Below, piece after piece: positions 8,801-18,840 of a DNA stretch of 35,726 nt. Source of the stretch: Guillardia theta CCMP2712. Its lineage: Eukaryota; Protista; Cryptophyta. How positions within the stretch are numbered: position 1 is the first letter of the stretch; every line of letters starts with the position of its first letter. The stretch covers positions 338,120-373,845 of the forward strand of contig NW_005434596.1 of the NCBI RefSeq assembly GCF_000315625.1, given 5' to 3'. The notes below the pieces were generated by a model. That model was not told the origin of the DNA. It did no database searches and was given only the letters and a program-made list of their open reading frames with translations. A program made the position numbers and the translations under genes.

Positions 8801-11433
8801 TCCAGGATTCACCTCCTCCTCGTTTGCCACCCTTCCTTGTCAACTTCCTCATCCATCACCGCGTTGGCCTTGCTACGACGCCGCTCTTCCTTGGCATCGA
8901 GCTCCNNNNNNNNNNNNNNNNNNNNNNNNNNNNNNNNNNNNNNNNNNNNNNNNNNNNNNNNNNNNNNNNNNNNNNNNNNNNNNNNNNNNNNNNNNNNNNN
9001 NNNNNGTAGAAAGAGGAGGAGGAGGAGGAGGAGGAGGAGGAGGAGGAGGAGGAGGAGGAGGAGGAGGAGGAGGAGGAGGAGGAGGAGGAGGAGGAGGAGG
9101 AGGAGGAGGAGGAGGAGGAGGAGGAGGAGGAGGAGGAGGAGGAGGCGGAGGCGGAGGAAGCGAGCGAGCGCGATTACCTGTCCAGGATTCTTCGTTTGCT
9201 CCCCCCAGTTGGCATCCCTGCCTCTCTTAACCTATCAATATGTCAGACAGGAAAGGAGGAGGGAAGAGGGAAGAGGAGGACAAGGAGGAGGGGAGAGGTA
9301 AGAAGGGGACAAGGAGGAGGGAGGTAAGTAAGGGGGGAGGGGCAGTAGGAGGATTTTCAAGTGAAAGTGAAGAGGGGAGGGATGAGAGGAAGAGGAAAGA
9401 CGAGGAGTTGCAAACGTACCTCTGCCGCAGCAGGGAGAACTTCTTTGTTCCCTGGGAGGGCTTCTGCTCGGTCGTAGCGTTCTTGGGCAAGATTTTCTTC
9501 AGATACTCTCTCAGCTTGTACTGCAGAAGATTCTTATCGCCATCATCACCGCTACAATCGCAATCATCACCTTTGGTATGAGCGTTTTCTCCCAATACTC
9601 CAGCATCTCCTCGGCCTGCTCATCGTCTCATCTCCTTCCCCTCAGTTATCCGCCTGCGAACCTTCTCTGAGATGATCTTCTCTGCCCGTGAGCTCGACGA
9701 TCGAAACTTGGCTGCGAGGTGCTTCATCTGCCCTGTCAGCTGGTGCGTTTGCTCCGGGTTCAGTTCCATCCCCTTGATCCTCACGAGCATCGAACACAGC
9801 GCCTCCTACCCAGATGTCACTCTCACATGCGATCTTGCAGCACGACAGACCTTGTCGTCATTGTCCTCCGCCTTATCCATCTCCTGGATCATCTAGGGAG
9901 CAGGTCAGCTTCAGCCAGGGCGTTCACCCCGCTTCCACTCACGTAAAACAGATCCTCATCCCTTGTAAGTGAAACTTGTTCTGGGACGGCAACATCATTC
10001 AGCAACACCTCTTCATCGCTCGACTCGAGGTGGGCGTTGTAGAAGGACGATTTCTTGTCCATCTTCACATCCATCCTCTTCTTCTCCTTATCCTCCTCAG
10101 TCGCCCGGTCAAAGTACTCCAAGTTCAGGTCAGGACCATCGGGTTCAATCAAGTTCCCGTCTCCGTCGATCTCGTGCAGGTCGTTCACTTTGAGGTTCCA
10201 TCCCGGCTCGCTCAATATCTTCCATATCGGTGGGATGTTGAAATCCTCCCGACCTCTGTTTGCACTGGATCAGCACACCACCTCAATACCATCCCTTGCA
10301 GTACTCACTTCTCCTTTGCAAGGATCTTCTTGTAGCTCTTTGACCATCGCTGCCATTCCACCTGTCCTCGACACCTCAGCGAACATCAAGAACACTGCCC
10401 TGCCCACCTCAGGCTCTGTCTCCGACGACTCCTCCCTCATCATGGGGGTGAACTTGGAAGGGATGTGCATGCTCCCTCTCCCACGGCCAAGATCCTTCCT
10501 CTTCACCTGACGGTTCAGTGCCGGCACCGTCCTCACGAGGTCCTCATAGTTTTCCCGGAAGAATCTCGAGATCTCTTTCATTGTTGAGTTCCCGTGCAGC
10601 ATCTCCTTGAGGATCTCTTGCGGAGACGCTCCCTGGGCCCGCATCAGCCTAACTCGACCTTGCTTCTCCAGAGCCTCCACTTGCAGAGAAGGGACTCTCG
10701 TCAGGCTCCCTCCTTCGCTCGCTCCCCTCCCTTCCTCCATCGACTTCTCCTGACCGCCCTCGACCTTCAGCATGTTCAGGTGGTTCGGGTCAAGTCCGTA
10801 CATGGGCTGCTTGGCTGCAAACTTGGCCATCTCCACAAGCTCTGCAACTTCAGGAGGCAGTTCCTCCTGCTTTGACCCTCCGCTTTGGTCAGCACCAGCA
10901 CCCCCCACCTTGAACATCCCACGAGTATCAAGGCGATTTTCAAACGCGCGCTTGTCAAACTCATCAGTCTCCGCGTCATGCATCATATCGAAAGCAGAGT
11001 TGTCCTTGACGTTAGGGATCATGGGGGCTCTTCCTTCTGCCTGTTTAGATGTTCGACCTGTTCGTTTCCCAGCGTCCCCGTCCACGCGTCTTTCCTTGGT
11101 CTCACTAGCTGCTTTCTTATCTCTCTTGGGTGGCTTCTGGAAGATTTGGAGGATCTCATCGGCAGTGTCTAGCACATCGCCAAACCCCAAGTTCTTTGTC
11201 TTTCGCGACGCCTTCTCTTTACCCCCCAACTTCTTCTCTAACTTTTTTATCGTCTCCTCGTCGTTCTCCAAGAATTGCCGTCCGCCCGACAACCTCAAGA
11301 TAAGGCTGGACACATCATATGCCGACGTGTTTCCCATCAGGACAACATATCTCAAGCTCTGAGAGGCATCTGGCTCCACTTTTCGCATGGAAAAGCACAG
11401 GGTCAAAAACAAGATTGCTGGGAATTTGGACAT
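5899..11433 (-). CDS. Large multi-exon uncharacterised protein: signal-peptide-like start, LRLSGG motif, charged regions, NUC153-like, SAM-like and C-terminal DUF1764-like motifs
   Basis: A phase-consistent GT-AG exon chain can be traced from ATG 11433 to ~9178. After the N gap it can be traced from ~8905 to TAG at 5899, with one suspected 1-nt loss at ~8831. Last exons: 7244-6540, 6496-6455, 6295-6238, 6125-6073, 5979-5899. Continuity across the gap is inferred, and some 5' intron borders are uncertain. Confidence 0.6.
8906..9005. other. Assembly gap (100 N)
   Basis: Run of 100 N, a typical placeholder for a gap of unknown size. Confidence 0.99.
9013..9158 (+). repeat. Long (GAG)n trinucleotide tract next to the gap, intronic
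   Basis: About 130 bp of pure GAG repeat; a likely cause of the assembly break. Confidence 0.95.
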
Positions 11434-11674
11434 GATTGCTTCAGGCTAAAGCGATGTTGTTACGTCAGAGAAGGGCATGAGAAGGCAAGACAGGCGAGGG
11501 GAGCAGGAGAGGAAGGTTCAGGAGGGGACGAGAAGTAGGCAAGCGCAGCTTGCCTACTCCTCACCCTTCCCCTCCCATGCCCTCCGCAGATACGCCTGCA
11601 CAGACGCCGGCACATGCTGCCATGGTCAGCGCGGGGAGGAGTGCTGCTGAGCCAGGGTAGTAGTCACTGAGTGT

Positions 11675-11939
11675 CCCAACTGAGTTGGGGCCCCGGCGGC
11701 CGCTGGGGCCGGCGGCCCCGGGCCCGGGGCCCTGCCGCTCAGCCGCCACAGTCGGAGTTGACCGTGACTCCGACCGACGAGTCATCACTGCCGGGCGCGC
11801 GGCAGGTGACCGTGAGTAAGTTCACGGTTGGTTCTCGCCTGGCCGCTATCATCCGCGGCTGCGCCGGGCCTGTGAGACTCGCCCCCGTCACAACTGAGGT
11901 CCGACACACGGCACTGTCAAGCCACTGGGCCTCAGGCCC
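11675..11939. repeat. GC-rich cluster of closely spaced short palindromes/hairpins
   Basis: Stems checked by eye at 11675-11689, 11691-11708 (imperfect), 11714-11731 (perfect 18-mer palindrome), 11751-11774, 11788-11805, 11809-11828, 11842-11859, 11927-11939. Confidence 0.8.
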
Positions 11940-12649
11940 TCACCGTGTTCCCTAGTACTGACACTGAGGCGCTGAGCGGAAGATCCGAGGGCATCATGCC
12001 GTTCACAAACCCGGGGATATGCAGCCCCTAGCAAATCTGGTCTTTTTTTTTCTACTTTTTTGGGGGTTCACATGGGGTCCGTATATACACTCCCTGTTGA
12101 CTACCCCCTGTTTTCACCGATCAAAGGAGGGGCAGAGAGACTGGACATAAGCGGGGTGGGGTAATTTGAATTCCTCTGGCGTGGAACCCTTCCCCCGCCT
12201 TGGTTTTAGAGGTACTGCAATTTTAGTTTTACCCATCACATACATGGTAGTATAGATTGTACTGTATGAAAACATATTGGTACAAAAGAGAGGTTTCATG
12301 GTACAGAAGTTCCCCCCTCCACCACCCTACCCCCTTTTTATCTCCTCACAGAGGATATTTGAATCCACAGAGAAATCCCTCAATGCTCACTGTTATGAAT
12401 ACTCACTGTTATGCGCATCCACCAGTCATTTATGTCGCATGACGTTTCTTCCTCAACAGCATCCCGTCACTGTGCGCCGGCTAGAGGAACGGGCTTCCTG
12501 GCAGTCTCCTCTCCATCAGGAGATTCTGTTCCTGGCCCGGAGCCGCCCCGGGTGTTCGGCCTCTGCATACTAGAGCGGACAAGTACGTGCAGCCGGGGTG
12601 GGAGCTGGAGAACGCTATCAGGGATGCGACTAGGCTGGCACCAAGAGCT

Positions 12650-12915
12650 GAGGAGGCTAGTCGTCCTCTTCTACGCTGGCCATGGGATGAAGGCAGGAAG
12701 GGCCAAAGAAGACGACCTGATCCCCTGTGAGGTAGGGACGATGGAGACCGAGGAGGAGGTAGAGGACTACACTGTGACTCTCAGTCTGTTTCCTTGATGT
12801 CATCGATGCCTGCAGATACCGGGAGGGTCTGCAGGAGACGGGACGGCTGCTCCCGCAGCAGGCGGCGAAAGACGTCCTGCCTCGATCATTCAACTGCTGG
12901 TGCCTGACAGCCTGA
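12650..12915 (+). pseudogene. Degenerate caspase-family (peptidase C14, metacaspase/paracaspase-like) fragment
   Basis: Catalytic His motif VVLFYAGHG at 12660-12686, then LIPCE. Catalytic Cys motif VIDACR at 12799-12816 lies in a different frame, and both frames hit stops soon after. Confidence 0.65.
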
Positions 12916-14834
12916 GAGACAAACAGCTTCTTTGGGAGGAAGCTATTTCGGAATTGAAGAGAAGGAAGACGTCAAAGCACTTCCTTTCAAAATTAGGGGT
13001 GTTGCTTTCAAGTTAGTCAGATTAATCGGACAAGCGAGACTCAGTGACTGCTGCAGTCTTGAGAGTCTATTTGCACAGCATGATGTCAAGTCAGGGCATG
13101 TGGGCGATCAATTTGTATATTTCTACGAGAAATATGGCATTCAACTAGCCTGACTATTGAACATGTCGTGCATCGAGCACCGACATCAACTTCAGGGAAG
13201 AGATGCATATCGAGCTGCTGCCATGATCGGGAACAGCTACATTGGACTCGGAGAAGAAGAAAACTGCTACTGCATCTAACGGGCAACTTGACCATGTGTG
13301 GGATATGCACTGTCCATGCGGTAGTCACTGATGGACCTTCACGCAATGCAGATGACAAGAAGAAATTCAACAATTCGGGTCGAGCACACTTCACTTTGTT
13401 GTGGCAGCTCCTTCAAAGTAAATTAATGTCTGAGTAAAGTCGCGTTCAATCTGGATGCCTCCAAATCTCTGTGTGAAACGTGCACAATCGTACCATTCTT
13501 TCGAACTTGAAAGAGATGCATGTGTATTGCGTCCTCTAATTTCGTTTCAAGGTGACTGTCAGTGCGCCCTCGAAATATAACGAACCTGATCCAGTTTTTA
13601 TCATGTAGGGTTCATCCTTGAAAGGCACAGGAAATTCTCCGTTAATGACAGGATTCTGTAAGAGTGATGTACTGATGTTCCAACTGCACTGGCCTTTTCA
13701 TCCGGGGTTTCAAGAAGGGCTTCCCACGTTTGCGAAACCAGTTAACTATACTGCCGTAGTCCTAATCTTGGCCAATTTCGGATGATTCCACTTCGAAATT
13801 TCCCATTGACATCAGTAAACCTCACACCATGACATGGTACCAGATTGAATGACATGTCTAAACCTTCAACGTGGTGTAGTAATTCAAAGTGCACAGAATG
13901 ATCGAAGGCATTTGCTGCAAGGAACAACGGTGCCTCTTGGATGTATCTCATGCGAATGAAGAGGATCAACTTGTTCTCTTGCTCCAATCTCCTCCTTTTG
14001 GCAATGCCGAGCGATGAGGCAGCCCTTGACGACGGTGGCCGCCCCGATTGCGCCGCCATTGTCCGTCAAGGCAAGGAGGATTGCAACTGGTACTGAAAGT
14101 AGTACCATAGGGTATGTGTCGGTACCGTACTGTAACTACCGTTAAAATAACTTGTAAAGAGGATTGTTGAAATAAACTAAAACAAATGGGTACTATGAAG
14201 TGGGGTCTCTAACTCGTTTATCAAAATAGCACGCCTAGAAAAAAAAACAACCCTACCGAAAAATTTAAGTGCCAAATTAACGAAAGGCCTGAAAGTGAAC
14301 GGCATGCGTAACTGTGCATATGCTCAGCACGAGTCCCGCCAAAGGCCGGGCCTTCGCCGGAGTCTTCCCATCATCGCAGTCGCCAGCACTGATGGACCGA
14401 GTCTTGCAGCCTCGGACGATGCGTTCCGCTTTCCGAGTGTGACGGGCCGGTGGTGGCTGGGGGATCGCCGCAGGCTCGGCGAATCCGATACGGTCAGCTC
14501 AAGGCCTCCCTCAGTGTCCTTCGCTGCCATCATCATCGCGGGTGCGTTCCGGTATGCGTCTGAGTCATTCCTTCCGAGTTCGGAAGTTCAGCAGTTGGCA
14601 GGCCCTGAGGATTGGGCTTGGTTCTCGCTGTCTTGACTCTCAGTTCTCTTGCCCGTTTGGCCCGTGCGACGGTGTCACTGAGGCCCAGCTTCCTCGTTTC
14701 CTGATTGACCGTACTTTGAGTAAAGAAGTTTACTGACCGTACGTACCGTCGTATGCCGCCCCCGGCCCCCGGGCCCAGCCTATTTCGGGAGTCAGTCAGT
14801 TCATTCAAACCTCGAAGTCTGTGAGAGGCCTTCC

Positions 14835-15130
14835 ACTACTCAAAGTTAAGTTAAAAAAAGAGAGCGCTACAGGCTAGAGTAATAAGTTCACAAGACTTCA
14901 CAGTGATGACTGTCGGTGACTTCAAGGATGACGGATGACTGCTGCATTAAACTTACCTGTGGGTCTTTTTTTATGGTCCTCGTACTGATTTTTGACCGTT
15001 AACTTTGAGTAGTAAAGACTCAATAATAGTCAAGAAGTTAGTACTCCATTAAAATTATTTCCCTGCGGGTCTTATGTTCCTCGTACTGATCTTTGACTTA
15101 ACTTTGAGTAGTAAAGAGTTAATAACAATC
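14835..15130. repeat. AT-rich segment with a 17-bp perfect inverted repeat and a degenerate ~100-bp tandem duplication
   Basis: actactcaaagttaagt (14835-14851) is the reverse complement of 15096-15112. 14945-15030 and 15047-15130 are diverged direct copies sharing cctcgtactgat...aactttgagtagtaaaga. Confidence 0.8.
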
Positions 15131-15351
15131 ATATTGACTGCTCTCGCTCTCTCAGTAGTAAACTTGCTTTCCTCCTCAGTTGCCACGTGTTATATTTACC
15201 CCTGACCCCTGTGATGACTCCGTAGAACCCCCACCCCCCCTGGTCTTACACGACTCAATACTCTACCCGGTGACCGGTCCTCTAGGGATCCCAAGATGAC
15301 GGTCTTTCTTTCACCGATTAAAAAAAAACAGTGAGCCCTCTCCTGCCCTCC

Positions 15352-15357
15352 TATAAA
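15352..15357 (+). promoter_or_regulatory. TATA box, copy 1
   Basis: cctataaatcagac is conserved in all three copies, ~160-180 bp upstream of the ATG, and is followed by a CT-rich leader. Confidence 0.6.
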
Positions 15358-15528
15358 TCAGACCCTTCCCCTCCCCCTCTCCCATCCTCAGCCGAAGCCC
15401 TCCCTCCCTCCTCCCTCTTCCCTACTACCCTCGCCCGCCCTATCTCCCTCCCCTTGCTCTCGTCTCCACGCTCGTCCCCTACAGCCAAGACCCTCTCTTC
15501 CACCACCCCTTTTACCACCCGGCTCATC

Positions 15529-16023
15529 ATGCACCATCCCTCCGACGACGAGCAGCTCTCCCTCGCCAAGGTCAACGACTGGCTCAACGCTGATAACGGT
15601 CGCTCCTGTTCTTCGTCGTCAGACCTGCCCCACTCCAAGCGGTCGTCACCCGGACGACACCATCCCAGGGCCGCAGCCCTCGCCAGGACGGCTTCGTGCC
15701 CTAGTGGCGGCAAGATCGCCGAGCGAGACCAGCCCGCGCCTTCCTCCAAGAGTCTAGACTCCCTCGTCATCAGGGACGAGGAGCACGCCAGCTCTGAGTC
15801 CGCGCTGTCGTCGCTCCTGACAAGCCTCTCCTTGAGCTGGTTGGAGAGGACGTCGTCCGGGACCAGCCTCCACAACAAGGACACGAAGCCCCTACCGCTC
15901 CCAGCGACGACGAGAGCAGGGGGCCTGCATGACTGGGAGGAGAAGGCGCTGGCGGCTTCCCTGCGAGCTCGCTGCATGGGCGTCGCATCAGACTCGAGGC
16001 GGCCGGCGTCCTACAGCATGTGA
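15529..16023 (+). CDS. Intronless Ser-rich orphan protein, 164 aa, copy 1
   Basis: ATG (MHHPSDDEQLSLAKV...) to TGA, 495 nt, intact in all three copies, downstream of a TATA box. No family recognised. Confidence 0.6.
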   Translation: MHHPSDDEQLSLAKVNDWLNADNGRSCSSSSDLPHSKRSSPGRHHPRAAALARTASCPSGGKIAERDQPAPSSKSLDSLVIRDEEHASSESALSSLLTSLSLSWLERTSSGTSLHNKDTKPLPLPATTRAGGLHDWEEKALAASLRARCMGVASDSRRPASYSM

Positions 16024-17024
16024 GGGCGGGCATGGCAGGGCTGAGAGGCGTGAGGCAAGGTACATAGGTTAGCTACCCAGGCGTGATCGCAGTCTGGATG
16101 AGGCGACGCTACGAGGAGATAGAGGAGCGTTCATGATTTTGATGTATATCGCATATGAATGTATACTAGCGTATGAGCTCAGTGTGTCTGTCTGCATGGC
16201 CGGGGCTTGAGCATGGCCGATCTAGGCATCGTGCAGGCACCATGATGTCTTGCATGGGGATGTGCGTAAGGGGGGCGAGTCGCCGGGCCGGGGAGAGAGG
16301 CTAAGGACAGGGCCGTGAGATAGCAAGGAGCTAGCTGATCGCGTTGGCTACAAGCGTCGCATGTGTCATGCTGAGGTACGACATGACGGTCAGAGTCGGA
16401 GGCTGACAGTGTGCGAGGTCGGCGTACAAGATAGCTAGCCGGACGTGATGTCTTGTACACAAGGGACTGAGATGTCATCATCAATACCAGGCTACAAGCA
16501 CAACACGGATACAGTACGGAGCCCGATCCGTCCTGTTTCCCATGGTGCGCTCAGCGCTTTAGTCGCCCTCCGCGCTTGAGGCACTCATCGCAGTCACTCC
16601 TCGTCGCTCACGGTACGGGAAGAGGGAACTCAAGCTGTTACCAAGACTGAAGTAGACGTCGTCTCCTGCTTGATGTCGGCATGATCGCCTATCCCTGCCA
16701 CCCTCCTCGCCCCCCCGCCTTCTCACGCTCCTGGCCGATCTGACAGCAGTTTCCTTGTGTCAAGTTGGTTTGCTCCTGCACAAGAATGGACGTGCCTGTA
16801 GTTCGAAACTGGCTGACAAGCGCGTATCTCTTAATGACTCCGTGTAGCCCCCACCCCCCCGCTAGTCTCATCGTATTGCCTGTCCACCACCCGTCCTCGC
16901 CCCTTCCCTCTTCCCCGGCTTCGTCTTCCCCTACGACATTCGTACCCATCCATCGCCCCATCCAACCACCGGTCCTCGTCATGTGACCGTCTTTTTTTGA
17001 CCGACCTCGGTATCCCCTACTCCC

Positions 17025-17030
17025 TATAAA
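17025..17030 (+). promoter_or_regulatory. TATA box, copy 2
   Basis: Same cctataaatcagac context. Confidence 0.6.
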
Positions 17031-17186
17031 TCAGACACCCTCCTGCTCCCTCTCTCTCGTCCTCAGCCGAAGCCCTCCCTGCTCCTCCCTCCTCCCTCCC
17101 TCCCTACTACCTTGCTCTCGTCTCCACGCTCGTCCCCTGCAGCCAAGACCCTCTCTTCCACCACCCCTTGTACCACCCGGCTCATC

Positions 17187-17681
17187 ATGCACCATCCCTC
17201 CGACGACGAGCAGCTCTCCCTCGCCAAGGTCAACGACTGGCTCAACGCTGATAACGGTCGCTCCTGTTCTTCGTCGTCAGACCTGCCCCACTCCAAGCGG
17301 TCGTCACCCGGACGACACCATCCCAGGGCCGCAGCCCTCGCCAGGACGGCTTCGTGCCCTAGTGGCGGCAAGATCGCCGAGCGAGACCAGCCCGCGCCTT
17401 CCTCCAAGAGTCTAGACTCCCTCGTCATCAGGGACGAGGAGCACGCCAGCTCTGAGTCCGCGCTGTCGTCGCTCCTGACAAGCCTCTCCTTGAGCTGGTT
17501 GGAGAGGACGTCGTCCGGGACCAGCCTCCACAACAAGGACACGAAGCCCCTACCGCTCCCAGCGACGACGAGAGCAGGGGGCCTACATGACTGGGAGGAG
17601 AAGGCGCTGGCGGCTTCCCTGCGAGCTCGCTGCATGGGCGTCGCATCAGACTCGAGGCGGCCGGCGTCCTACAGCATGTGA
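17187..17681 (+). CDS. Intronless Ser-rich orphan protein, 164 aa, copy 2
   Basis: Same protein sequence as copy 1, with a synonymous CTG>CTA change. Confidence 0.6.
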   Translation: MHHPSDDEQLSLAKVNDWLNADNGRSCSSSSDLPHSKRSSPGRHHPRAAALARTASCPSGGKIAERDQPAPSSKSLDSLVIRDEEHASSESALSSLLTSLSLSWLERTSSGTSLHNKDTKPLPLPATTRAGGLHDWEEKALAASLRARCMGVASDSRRPASYSM

Positions 17682-18678
17682 GGGCGGGCATGGCAGGGCT
17701 GAGAGGCGTGAGGCAAGGTACATAGGTTAGCTACCCAGGCGTGATCGCAGTCTGGATGAGGCGACGCTACGAGGAGATAGAGGAGCGTTCATGATTTTGA
17801 TGTATATCGTATATGAATGTATACTAGCGTATGAGCTCAGTGTGTCTGTCTGCATGGCCGGGGCTTGAGCATGGCCGATCTAGGCATCGTGCAGGCACCA
17901 TGATGTCTTGCATGGGGATGTGCGTAAGGGGGGCGAGTCGCCGGGCCGGGGAGAGGGGCTAAGGACAGGGCCGTGAGATAGCAAGGAGCTAGCTGATCGC
18001 GTTGGCTACAAGCGTCGCATGTGTCATGCTGAGGTACGACATGACGGTCAGAGTCGGAGGCTGACAGTGTGCGAGGTCGGCGTACAAGATAGCTAGCCGG
18101 ACGTGATGTCTTGTACACAAGGGACTGAGATGTCATCATCAATACCAGGCTACAAGCACAACACGGATACAGTACGGAGCCCGATCCGTCCTGTTTCCCA
18201 TGGTGCGCTCAGCGCTTTAGTCGCCCTCCGCGCTTGAGGCACTCATCGCAGTCACTCCTCGTCGCTCACGGTACGGGAAGAGGGAACTCAAGCTGTTACC
18301 AAGACTGAAGTAGACGTCGTCTCCTGCTTGATGTCGGCATGATCGCCTATCCCTGCCACTCTCCTCGCCTCTCCGCCTTCTCACGCTCCTGGCCGATCTG
18401 ACAGCAGTTACCTTGTGTCGAGTTGGTTTGCTCCTGCACAAGAATGGACGTGCCTGTAGTTCGAAACTGGCTGACAAGCGCGTATCTCTTAATGACTCCG
18501 TGTAGCCCCCACCCCCCCGCTAGTCTCATCGTATTGCCTGTCCACCACCCGTCCTCGCCCCCTCTTCCCCGGCTTCGTCTTCCCCTACGACATTCGTACC
18601 CATCCATCGCCCCATCCAACCACCGGTCCTCGTCATGTGACCGTCTTTTTTTGACCGACCTCGGTATCCCCTACTCCC

Positions 18679-18684
18679 TATAAA
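18679..18684 (+). promoter_or_regulatory. TATA box, copy 3
   Basis: Same cctataaatcagac context. Confidence 0.6.
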
Positions 18685-18840
18685 TCAGACACCCTCCTGC
18701 TCCCTCTCTCTCGTCCTCAGCCGAAGCCCTCCCTGCTCCTCCCTCCTCCCTCCCTCCCTACTACCTTGCTCTCGTCTCCACGCTCGTCCCCTACAGCCAA
18801 GACCCTCTCTTCCACCACCCCTTGTACCACCCGGCTCATC

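Noticed and set aside
8463-9301. ORFs with poly-G/poly-R running through the N gap
   Set aside because: Artefacts of the N run and the (GAG)n tract.
9178-9450. Possible SAP-domain-like peptide (LLRQR / GMPTGGSKRRILDR)
   Set aside because: The two halves do not join in phase at the visible splice sites, and the sequence is next to the gap, so the call cannot be supported.
11561-11623. Short upstream ORF MAACAGVCAGVSAEGMGGEG with a plausible donor site
   Set aside because: Splicing to the acceptor near 11447 puts it out of frame with the main ORF and it stops quickly; at most a 5'UTR exon or uORF.
13086-14059. Minus-strand ORFs of 102-105 aa in the island
   Set aside because: No recognisable motif and interrupted by stops; not listed as genes.
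14945-15130. Repeat-spacer-like pattern resembling CRISPR
   Set aside because: Only 2-3 degenerate copies, eukaryotic context and no cas genes.
15351-15977. Antisense 190-208 aa ORF over each triplicated gene
   Set aside because: TATA box, leader and conserved upstream motifs all point to the plus strand; antisense openness is expected in GC-rich sequence.
16179-16986. Small ORFs in the spacer, repeated at 17837-18683
   Set aside because: Their recurrence only reflects the recent duplication, and a 4-bp indel between the spacers alters some of these frames.
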